This document shows, piece by piece, positions 34,355 to 43,714 of a stretch of 64,000 bases of DNA. The stretch comes from Epithemia pelagica (lineage: Eukaryota; Protista; Bacillariophyta), in NCBI GenBank assembly GCA_946965045.2, contig OX337232.1, positions 496,001-560,000 on the forward strand. Reading direction: 5' to 3'. The notes below the pieces were generated by a model that made no database searches, was not told where the DNA came from, and saw only the letters and a list, made by a program, of their open reading frames with translations. Within the stretch, counting starts at the first letter, position 1; each line of letters starts with the position of its first letter. The translations under genes and the position numbers were made by a program.

Positions 34355-35633
34355 GGCTGTCCCTTGACCTCGACAAAACGAAACCCTCCGATTGCGGGGG
34401 TACCTCCCGTCTGCTGTCCATACGGTTATTCCCAAATTTTCCTAAAAATGTAAAAATTATTTCTTTCAAATTTCTTTTGATTTAGCACATTAGTATAACG
34501 TCCAAGATAACTGGCTTCGCCCTATTGTGTAGCCGCTTGCGCTCATGAATGGGAAACAGGAACCGTGAGCCGTGAGACTTGACGAGACATGCACAGAGAA
34601 ATCTACAAGCCCATTTTGTACTCTAAAGTCTATACTGTTTCAGAAGCGAGTACTCTTTACGTAGTAGTGGATCAAGCTTCACGGAATCATCACACACACA
34701 CCATGAAATACACACACATGGTGCAACACAAGCTCCTGGCACTTTGTCTATGGGAAAGATAAAAGCATAGTCCACTACTAGTTTAGGCTTCCTGCTTCCT
34801 GGGCTTACATACCCCATGATGACGCTGTCAAACCTTCGCTTCATCATTGCAGTGGTTGATTGTTCATTGCAGTGGTTGATTGTCATGTTTCATGTTGTCA
34901 TCCTTCCTTTGATGTATTCCGCCTTCACCTGTGATCTAGGTGGATGGTTTTGGCCATAAAGTTGTCACTGTGGTCGTTCGTACGGCTGGATGGTTTGCTT
35001 TTGGTTTTTGGTGTGCTCATGGTCGTCTTTTGTGGTGTTGCTCGAAAAGTGAGACGATTCCTGGCCCTTGTGCCAGCAATACAAGGCGTGACCGGCGCGT
35101 CTATTTCGAACGATCGAAGGGAGGCTGGCGATGTCACCCGGCTGGCGCTTTGGGAAAAAATACGAGACAATTTTTTTCCTTTCGGATGACGGACGAACAA
35201 AGGTACCCCCTCAATCGCACCCTTGCTGACGTCATGACTGATCGCAAAATTGGCGCGTTATACCAAATCCTTGACATCGACAAAACGAAAACTGGAGACC
35301 GCGCTTCTCCCCCCAAGGTCCCTAAGTATACTTTGATGTATTGTATATTAAAGTTCTCGAAATTAGGACATATGTAGGATGTTTCGAATTAGGGGGACCG
35401 TTTGAGCCGAACGCGCGCCGCTCCAATTCGGACCCGTCATTTCTGTACGCCATATGTACACTATCAGGACGAAAACACTATCCCTAGTGATATTACGGTT
35501 TTTGTTGCCAACAAAAATCGAAATCGCTTTTTGTTGAAACAAAACCTGAAACACCCCATGACCCGGATATATGAGGCCAAATGATGACGTGTCATGTTTC
35601 GGTTTATGTTTTTGTTGATGTCAAGGGACAGCC
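34355..35633. mobile_element. Non-autonomous PIF/Harbinger-type (Tourist-like) DNA element, 1279 bp
   Basis: Perfect 14-bp TIRs GGCTGTCCCTTGAC, imperfect to about 25 bp. TTA TSD at 34352-34354 and 35634-35636. The paralogous empty site with a single TTA is at about 62005. No transposase ORF. Confidence 0.9.
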
Positions 35634-35721
35634 TTAGAAGAACATGGATCGGTTCATTTCCTCCTTCACTCTTTTGTGTTATCGTGTTATCACAAAAATT
35701 CCGAACAGCAGCCAGAACACC

Positions 35722-36380
35722 ATGAGCTGTAAAAACGAAACCAATACGTCGTCATCTAACCTTGATTACATCGAGGTATGTCATTTATGATCATTGATTG
35801 AAGAAAGCTGACAAATGGTTGTATCCCGCATCATGCTTTTCTGGATGAAACGGGTGGAAGTGGAAGATGGGAACGGATTCTGTCTATTCTTCCTGATCAC
35901 TTCCTGTCGAACCTGGCGGGAATCGAGAAGAGGGAAACGCAGCTGAGAACAGTTGACAATGACACGGAATGGAGCTGCACCTGTCTCTCCAATATCTTTT
36001 CCAATTTCTCTCACCCGGCTTTTGTCTTGCTGCAATCGACACAGAAAGAAATGATGCAATGCATCAATGAATCCAAACAGGCGTCATGGCCGTTTGGCCC
36101 CATTGCCAAGGGTTCCAGCACACTTGCTTGTGCCCATTTTGCAGTCGCGAGGGCTCATACTCACTTCGGAAGTAGCCTGGGTTCCGCTGCCGAGGCTCAT
36201 GAGGGCGTCGGCAAGGCGCTCAATCACGTTGCCGAGGCTCATGAGGGCGTCGGCAAGGCGCTCAATCACGTTGCCGAGGCTCATGAGGGCGTCGGCAAGA
36301 GCCTCGGGAAGGCTCTCATGTTGTCCTCTGCAATTGCGGGGGTCGCGTTTGTGGCAACCAATTACTTTGGTCGTCGCTAA
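35722..36380 (+). CDS. Small tail-anchored membrane protein copy 1, 2 exons (35722-35775, 36045-36380), with a 14-aa repeat expansion
   Basis: The phase-0 GTATG...CAG intron is conserved in copy 2. C-terminal TM (ALMLSSAIAGVAFVATNYF) is followed by GRR. A 42-bp unit is repeated about 2.6 times at 36189-36299. Confidence 0.6.
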
Positions 36381-37081
36381 CTACTTGTGGTAGAGGGGAA
36401 CTGGAGATTGCACCGGGATTCCCGTTATGTGACGTTGACTGGATTGGAAACTGTCGACGTTCACATACCCATGTACAACATGGTTGGTCGCGCCGGCAAC
36501 TACATTGTATGGGCTTTTGGACAACCGAGGAAACCCTGATCCATGTGATGATACTTGGAATAATTGTATTCGACTGAGTTGGACTGAGTCGCTGTACACC
36601 CAGTTTTTGAAAAGAAGATGTGATTCGCAATGCTTTCGAGCTTGTTTGAGCCTCTTGGCATTTTAGAATGTAAACCCCTCCAATATAGCATGTCTTCTAC
36701 ACCATGTCTCAATGAGTGGTCAAATGGATTTCCATATATTGTGGAAAGAACAATTCCATCCATGTCACTACCCTCTTCATGTCGTCCTCTTCGAGGAACA
36801 AGTCACACGAAACGATTGTGAACTATAATTTGTTGAGGAGAGTAGATGGGCCACGGGATGGATCTCTTTGGCTGCTGCTGCTGGAGTCGCCTCACGTTCC
36901 AGTCCCGCCCGTTGTTCGTGCAGCAGATACGACGATGATGACGACGATGGTAAAAAGATCTTGCCGCCATCAATTTGACGACGACGACGACAGTCGACGA
37001 TCGATAAACAGAGAGTAGCACCTGCGGTCGTGGTGGTAAGGAAAGTCATGGATAAATAAGACTGCCCAATGGTTCTATCTT

Positions 37082-37303
37082 GTGATTCCGTCCATTCTTC
37101 TTGCTTGTCGAACCTGGCGGGACTGGAAACGACGGGCGAGGGACCACACGGCTGAGAACAATCGACCATGGCTCTCCAATTTGGACTTGTCCAAACAGTC
37201 GAAATGGCCGTTTGGCTCGGTGGTCCGAGCTTTTAGCATTGCGGGTTTTGTGCCCATTTTGCCATCGCCAAGTCAATGGAGTCGGATGACGAAGCTCTCA
37301 TAG
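37082..37303 (+). pseudogene. Degenerate fragment of the tail-anchored family
   Basis: GTCGAACCTGGCGGGA...GGCCGTTTGGC...TGTGCCCATTTT parallels 35905-36140; translates as SKQSKWPFG vs SKQASWPFG. Confidence 0.5.
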
Positions 37304-37611
37304 AGACGGCACTCAACTCCATCGACTTTTGCAATGGCAACTTGTCGTCCTTGGAATTGAAAAACCTCTAGATGAAAAACAAAACTGCCAAATGATTCCA
37401 ACCCTTGTCGTACTGTTTTGGATCAAAAAGAAACGGGGTGGAAGGGGCCCAACATTCCGTCCATTTGCCAGTTACTCCTACACAAAGCTGGGAATGATGC
37501 GCAGCTACCCGACCCGATATAGTTGAGACGGGAAAGGAATAGTTCCAACTCGCTTCGTCCGTCGACATGAAAAGCAGTTATAGTTTTCAAGATTTTGACT
37601 ATTGATCATTC

Positions 37612-39147
37612 TTACTCTACTGGTGTATCCGTGAAATCTTTACGAGATTGACGCCAAGCCTTGAACGTGTGAGATCGACCACCTTTCACACCTTCCATAA
37701 TAAAAACATCATCCATGAACTGGTTGTCCAAGTCACTTTCATTGTCACTCTGCTCAGACTCCATGGTTATGGCTCGTTCCTCAGGAAGGGGTGCCATTGG
37801 AGGCATTGCTAGTTTGACTTTGTGGGTAGATATCATTTCCGGACGACCCACACCAGACAACAGTGCATTTCGGTACGAAACCAGTGGCTTTCCAGAGACA
37901 AGTGTAAAGGAAGAGTCAGTCGAAACGACATCCCAACAGTCGGATGACCAAGAGCCATGATCACCATTGACAAGTTCTGGAGCATCCTCCACGACGACAA
38001 AATCAGTGCCGGACGTCACGTCAATGGACACCTCCTCCTCGTTCTTGTCCAAGAGGTCAAAAGAAACACAAGAATTTGCAGTCCGGAGACTTTGTTCAGT
38101 GGCGAGCTCAATCATATCATCCTCACTAATCTGTTGATCTGGAACAACCGACAAACTCAACGCAAGCGCCATCGCCACATCTTCGTCTTCTGGATTGGAA
38201 AATAGAGCCTTTTTGCAGGGAGACTCAAATTCGTCCGTCTTTGGGAGTAGAACGGAATCCTCCCAATTCGGATCATCATATTCGGAATAGTCTTTATCTT
38301 CATCCAAGTACGTGCAGCCGGTGCTCTCGTCCATGCGGTCCGATCCTTTTCCAACACGAAATCCAGGCTTGGTCGAAGTTGGCTTGGTACGGGTTTTGCG
38401 AAAGAGGTTGTTGTAGTTGATATCCAAGTAATGTGTGTAACGACGAACCAGAGTTTTCACATACAAACTGCCATACATGGAACACATGGAATCACCATAG
38501 CCCCACAATTCACGCAAGTTGAATTTCTTGGAACGCATGGCATGTCTTGTTTCTTCGTTCAACGCATTAAGGATACAAACCTCCATATCCTCTGGTCAAA
38601 AACCATCAATATAACCAAGCTTATCCAACCATTGTTGGAGAGTCAGACTCTTGTTGCCATCCAGAGTGCGCTTGTTCGAGAAGTTACAACGATCCATGAT
38701 CAACAGGGACAAAAATAGTCGTACAATATCCGATCTTCCGGTCAGAGCAGCAAAGTAAATGGCTGGACGCTGCTCAATATTTCGAGCGAACAAACAGTCA
38801 ACAAACCGTCGGAACGAATTCCGCGCCTGATACTTTTGGTTCATCATTCCTTCAACAACGGCAAGAACAGAGAGGAGATTTCCACGCTTGACCTCAACTT
38901 TGAGATTTTCGGCATTGTGCCTCTCTCGAACTCTGGAAGCTCTGAGGGAGGTGGATTTCGCCGATTTCTTGCTCGTCTTGTCTAGGCCCTTGGAAAGCGA
39001 AAGCTGCTTCACAGAAGAGGTCCTGCTTCGTTGATGTGCAGGGACTCGAACAACCACGCCGTCGACGCAATAGCCGAGATAGCTTTGTGGAATCTTCACC
39101 ATCTTGGTTGCTTTGTAATGATGCTTGATTTGATTTAATGAGAGCAT
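37612..39147 (-). pseudogene. Ankyrin-like plus tandem UIM plus AIM/LIR-cluster protein (about 510 aa), split by one in-frame TGA at 38596-38598
   Basis: ORFs 38596-39147 and 37612-38586 are in the same frame. Motifs: PAIYFAALTGRSDIVRLFL (ankyrin-like), EDEDVAMALALSL and EDDMIELATEQSL (UIM-like), and FDLL, FVVV, WDVV, FTLV in an acidic/Ser context. Confidence 0.6.
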
Positions 39148-40532
39148 TGTGGAGAGGAGGTGCAGACAAGCAAGATGACTTCGTTGGATTTTTTGCAGAC
39201 GTGCGCAGATCCAAACGTGAAAAAGGCAATCACGACTGAAAAGTCACGGGTTTGACAGCGACCCACACGCGAATAGAAATGGGTTCGATTGTCCGTGTGT
39301 CGCCCGGCTCGTCGACTCAGGTAGTACGGATAGCGAGATTGGAGAAGGCACGATAGATTTCAAGGAACTTTTCTTCATGGATGGGGAACATGTTCCAATA
39401 AATCGTGCAAGTCCAGCTTTCTTGCCAAACATCTTTGAGCAACGGACATTGAGGAACGATATGACAGCCATGAAGGGAAACAGGGGAGAAAACGCCAAAC
39501 AATCGACAATGTAGGAGTGAAACATGCCTGTTTCTCACGATCCAAACCTTCTAGGTAGGAGGAACGAACACAACTCGCTGGATTTGGACGAACGACCCTC
39601 CAAATCTTTTGTTTCTAAAATCCATGAAGCAAAAGCTTTGCACAGTCAGAAAGCCTCAAGGTACTTGAAACCAGCAACATGAACAACGTGTTACGCCTCT
39701 CTCTAACGATTGCCCTCGTGATGTCATGCTCCGTTCTACAAGCCTTGGGAGGCCGAGTAAGTGAATAGAAACTCCCGAGAAAGCTTGCGTAATAGGAAGT
39801 TCTCACTTGGATCGACATCCCATATCCTGTTCTACCTAAGAACCTCGTGTGATTCGACGACGTCTCAATGAGGATGATGAAGACGAAGAAAAGTCGTCTG
39901 GCAAAGGGGGAAAGGGCAAGAAAGATACGGTACGTACTGACATGCTGTCGCTGGTGTTGTATACTCTTTGAACGAGAAGTAGGAGTACTCCTCCCTTGTT
40001 ATTAAGAAGACATTACCTAGCTACCTAGCCACGATATGGCAGGTAGATACGGGCTCATCTCCATTTATTATAGGTCGCGCAGAAATCGTGACTGAACCTG
40101 AATTGACGTGGCGATTCCCACCAAATCTCTCCTTCATTGTCGTGTGAGATTAAGTGTTGCCATGAGTGGCCGTGCAAATTTAAAAGCAAGAGTTTCTGAT
40201 CAATTGAATTGTTAGTGTCCCCTCTTCAACAAGATGGCAAGCAAATGGTGTTGCCTGTTGGGAAGCTTGCTGTTTGCCGTGCTTCTTTCTGCAAAGGCGA
40301 CGGTGGCATTCTCGCCTACCCGTCCTTTGAGGGCCCAGGTTTCACGTCTTTCAAGTACGAACCGAAATATTAAGCCGAAAGAGCCGTTCGAAATGAACAC
40401 GAAAGAGCTCCAAGTGGCCAATGTCGAGGCAGCCCAAAAGTCTCTGGACATAGCTGACACTGCAAATACTATTGCTGCGTTTTCTGTTGCAATTTCTGCT
40501 CTTATACCTTTACTCATTGCATATGGGGCAAA

Positions 40533-40768
40533 TGCGAGTATAGCTGGGGTAGCAAGCTTATACCTGGCAACAAGACTCATCAATCACGAATGATGAGCGA
40601 CGTAGATGTGAACGAGTGGATGGAATGACTCATCCAAAAGATATTGAAGAAAAGATCCAAGTGAATTTAGTGAGAATTTAGGACTAACATATAGTGATTA
40701 TCAGAATAAGTATCCTTTTACGGATTGCTCAATGGGAAAGATACCGCCGTTCTTTTCCACTACTCGCA
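40533..40768 (+). repeat. 5' LTR (236 bp)
   Basis: Differs from the 3' LTR by one substitution and a 13-bp indel between GATG direct repeats. Confidence 0.96.
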
Positions 40769-40780
40769 GGTTCTGAGCCC
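40769..40780 (+). promoter_or_regulatory. Primer-binding site, half-tRNAi-Met type
   Basis: GGTTCTGAGCCC abuts the LTR and has one mismatch to GGTTATGAGCCC, which is complementary to the initiator tRNA-Met anticodon arm. Confidence 0.7.
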
Positions 40781-40870
40781 AAGTATTACGCTGTAGAAGG
40801 TTTCCCAAGGTCGTACGGTGTCAAGGAAGTGAGTGCTCTGGCAAGATAGGACAGAGAGAAGGTGAGAACA

Positions 40871-42613
40871 ATGGCGCGAGCAGAAGACTCGGCAAATGTT
40901 TCACCCGCTTCAGGTGCAGCACCGGCTAACACGGGAGACGATGAGGACTATCAAGACGCCTCAGCGGAAGACCAGACTGGAACCGACAATCGAGAATCCG
41001 ACTTTGGATTCCGAACACTCGACGAAACGCTTCAGGGTCTTAATGAGAGAAGACAAAGAAGAACAAGCGATGAAAACAACTCGGATAAAAGTTCAAAGAG
41101 CGATGACTACCCGTTAGATACAGATACCCGATTCATGGTTGGGGGACTGGCAATTGAGCTGGTGGAACCAGGTTCAAGGGGATATGGTGTCGCAGATCAA
41201 GGACCTTTATATCGGAAAGAGAACAGGGAGAAGATGTCTTCGGAGAAGAAACAAGATCTCTTCAAGGAAGCCGTGAAGACTTTGCAAACAAAATATACTT
41301 TCACGAGTATGAGTTTGACCGATGAAAAGAAGTTGGATGAGTGTTATAACACTGCCATCATGATTTCCAAAACCAAGGACACGCATATGGTTTACGATAT
41401 GCATGACGTGTTCACGATTGTGTTCCCTAAGATGAAGGGATCCCGGAGTATCGAGTCTCGTACTGTAGATCTATATTTAAATTATGAGGAAGTTACTCCC
41501 GATGAAGTTGCAGCCAGTTGTGAATGGTATCGCCGTTGGACCAAGAAGGATTGGTACCGGGAGAATTTGGTACTAACCTACAAGCATCTGGAAAATAACA
41601 TGACTCAAAGTCTGTTTGAAAAATGCTACGAACAGTTTGAGACTTACCCTACCATTCAACAAGGGGGTCCTCTGCTCTTCGTCATTATGATGAACATTCT
41701 GGTTTCAAGTTTGGAAGCCGCTATTGATCACTTGAAAGATTTGGTTAAGAATTTGAAGATTAATGAGTTTCAAGGTGAAAATGTTCTTCGTGTTGTAAGT
41801 TTGATCCGTGGTGCACACAAGCGCTTGAAATGGGTCAAGAAAGTTCCAGAGCGCTTTAATCAGCAAGTGCTAAAGGTCATGCAAACTTCATCCGTTGGCA
41901 AATTTAACTCTTACTTTCGCTATATCGAGCAAACTTACACAATGGCACGGGACATTGGGAAACTTCAAGGGGATCCTGATGACACTGGTGGTTTGGAAGT
42001 TGATGTTCTACTTCGCTTAGCCGAAACTAAGTATAATGAATTATGCAGCAGCAATGACTGGCACGGTTCTAAAACGAAGGGAAAGAACTCCGTGTTCAAT
42101 GCCCAAGAAGATGCCAAGAAAGCTGCCAATACTGCCTCTTCTGGCAATGGCAAGCCCCAACCAATTTGTTGGAATTGTGGCAAGCCGGGACATACGGCAC
42201 CGAAGTGCACGGAACCCCGCAATGAACAGAAGATTGCTGCGAACAAAGAGAAGTTTGGTTCGAAGAAGGCAGCCAATGGGACGAGTTCCTCAAATTCTGG
42301 AGCAGGTGGTGCATCCGGAAAGTGGGCGCCTCCAAAGTCGGACGAGCGAAATCGACACGTGATTGATGGAAAACATATGTTCTACAACCATCGCACGCAT
42401 CGTTGGGTTCCGGATCGGACGCATTCTTCCAACCAAGATGCGAGTGCTCATGCCGCGCGAGCCGACAACGCCAGCACGACCAGCACGCTCACTGGAGCGA
42501 CTGGTACTGTGGCTGGTTCTACTGTCAATCGCGCTGAGCTCGATGCTGCAGTCGCAAACGTGGCACGCTCCGTCGATCAGTCGCTTCGCAGTCTCGTGGA
42601 GCATTTCTCCTGA
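40871..42613 (+). CDS. gag: Copia Gag
   Basis: 580-aa ORF with a CCHC knuckle CWNCGKPGHTAPKC; ends in TGA in frame with pol. Confidence 0.9.
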   Translation: MARAEDSANVSPASGAAPANTGDDEDYQDASAEDQTGTDNRESDFGFRTLDETLQGLNERRQRRTSDENNSDKSSKSDDYPLDTDTRFMVGGLAIELVEPGSRGYGVADQGPLYRKENREKMSSEKKQDLFKEAVKTLQTKYTFTSMSLTDEKKLDECYNTAIMISKTKDTHMVYDMHDVFTIVFPKMKGSRSIESRTVDLYLNYEEVTPDEVAASCEWYRRWTKKDWYRENLVLTYKHLENNMTQSLFEKCYEQFETYPTIQQGGPLLFVIMMNILVSSLEAAIDHLKDLVKNLKINEFQGENVLRVVSLIRGAHKRLKWVKKVPERFNQQVLKVMQTSSVGKFNSYFRYIEQTYTMARDIGKLQGDPDDTGGLEVDVLLRLAETKYNELCSSNDWHGSKTKGKNSVFNAQEDAKKAANTASSGNGKPQPICWNCGKPGHTAPKCTEPRNEQKIAANKEKFGSKKAANGTSSSNSGAGGASGKWAPPKSDERNRHVIDGKHMFYNHRTHRWVPDRTHSSNQDASAHAARADNASTTSTLTGATGTVAGSTVNRAELDAAVANVARSVDQSLRSLVEHFS

Positions 42614-43714
42614 TGGGGTGGCCGCTGGGTGGCGTCTTTGGACGGTCCATCTGGTGTAGGCCGCCCCTATCATCGCTATGGTCCCAGGAGGGAAACCTGG
42701 GTGACCTCTATCTTCTCATCCTTACTCGACTGTGCGCTCATGAGGGGGATGGGAGACCTATTTTGGCTTTATCTGCCGTGGTTATTCCTACTGTATCTCG
42801 CCTTGTTCACAGGTCTTTGTTGTACCATGAGCTTGGTCGAGCAAGACTCCAGGTCCATAGCCACAGCTGCTCATGCTGTGAGCACTCCACCAAGACCGCC
42901 GAAACCTCGTTTGAGACAATCGGTATGCTCCTATGGCCTCAAAATGAAAGCAAGACGTCGAGTCCATCGTGTGATCTGGCGCAACAACCGTCCTTACCTT
43001 TGGTACAACACGGACGACTGGGATACCTGGACCAACCCGAGAACGTCGTCTCCAGAGGGAGCGACAAACGACACGACGAAGATTCTTCGAGACCAAATCT
43101 TTGGTGGATTGTCGCTTTGGAGTTTGGCCCTGAAGGACGATTCCTTGATACCACAAGTCGATCCAGTTCGTCAGTGGCAGACAATCAGATTGTTGAGTCA
43201 TGGGGCGTGGCTTGGAGCTGACCTTACAAGACGAAAGACCCCTTGGAAACTGATGTTGCGACAAAGCATGGTTGCAGCAGCCAATTTTGGACAACTGAAA
43301 AGTTTTCAAGCCGTCACTGTCCCATTGGACCAGGTTGATTGTTCTGGTTTGAATAGTGAGACCATTGGCGAATTGTCACGTCGCATGACGGTGTACATGA
43401 GCCAACGAGAACAAGATGTGCTCCCCATTGTGATCGATTCCGGAGCATCCAAATCGTTGACGCCAAATCTCCAAGACTTCGTCGGACCAATTCAACCGGC
43501 CGAAATCTCATCGTTGAATGGCTTGTCTGGAACGACAGCAGTCCGAGGTTTTGGCACGGTCCAATGGATGGTTAGAGACGTTATGGGGGTAGCTCGAACG
43601 ATCAAGACGAAAGCATACTACGTACCAGAAGCCTCGATTCGTTTGTTCAGCCCGCAAACGTTCTTTCAAGAGCAGCAAGCTGGAAAACTGGTACTCGACC
43701 ACAAGAGAACGTAG
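42614..43714 (+). CDS. pol: Copia pol part 1: hydrophobic (TM-like) spacer plus aspartic protease
   Basis: Same frame as gag; LFWLYLPWLFLLYLALFTGLCC, then IVIDSGAS and RLFSPQ protease motifs; ends in TAG at 43712-43714. Confidence 0.85.
   Translation, partial: WGGRWVASLDGPSGVGRPYHRYGPRRETWVTSIFSSLLDCALMRGMGDLFWLYLPWLFLLYLALFTGLCCTMSLVEQDSRSIATAAHAVSTPPRPPKPRLRQSVCSYGLKMKARRRVHRVIWRNNRPYLWYNTDDWDTWTNPRTSSPEGATNDTTKILRDQIFGGLSLWSLALKDDSLIPQVDPVRQWQTIRLLSHGAWLGADLTRRKTPWKLMLRQSMVAAANFGQLKSFQAVTVPLDQVDCSGLNSETIGELSRRMTVYMSQREQDVLPIVIDSGASKSLTPNLQDFVGPIQPAEISSLNGLSGTTAVRGFGTVQWMVRDVMGVARTIKTKAYYVPEASIRLFSPQTFFQEQQAGKLVLDHKRT

Larger units (their letters stand above)
28030..38300. repeat. Long segmental duplicate, copy 1; copy 2 is about 55150-64000 and runs off the window
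   Basis: Same order in both copies: coiled-coil pseudogene, (CTAG)n spacer, CDPK B, Mug135-like locus, tail-anchored gene, UIM gene. Confidence 0.9.

Noticed and set aside
36420-36780. Segment unique to block copy 1 with a weak CxxH-like motif (KHCESHLLFKN) suggesting a MULE transposase relic
   Set aside because: The match is too weak, and I found no catalytic motif, TIR or TSD.
38596-42613. Alternative genetic code suggested by in-frame TGA stops in the UIM gene and the copia element
   Set aside because: Ordinary genes here end in TGA (874, 21627) and Trp is encoded by TGG throughout.
42629-43714. Calling the hydrophobic ORF an env gene
   Set aside because: It lies 5' of and in frame with the protease and has no ectodomain features; reported only as a TM-containing spacer.
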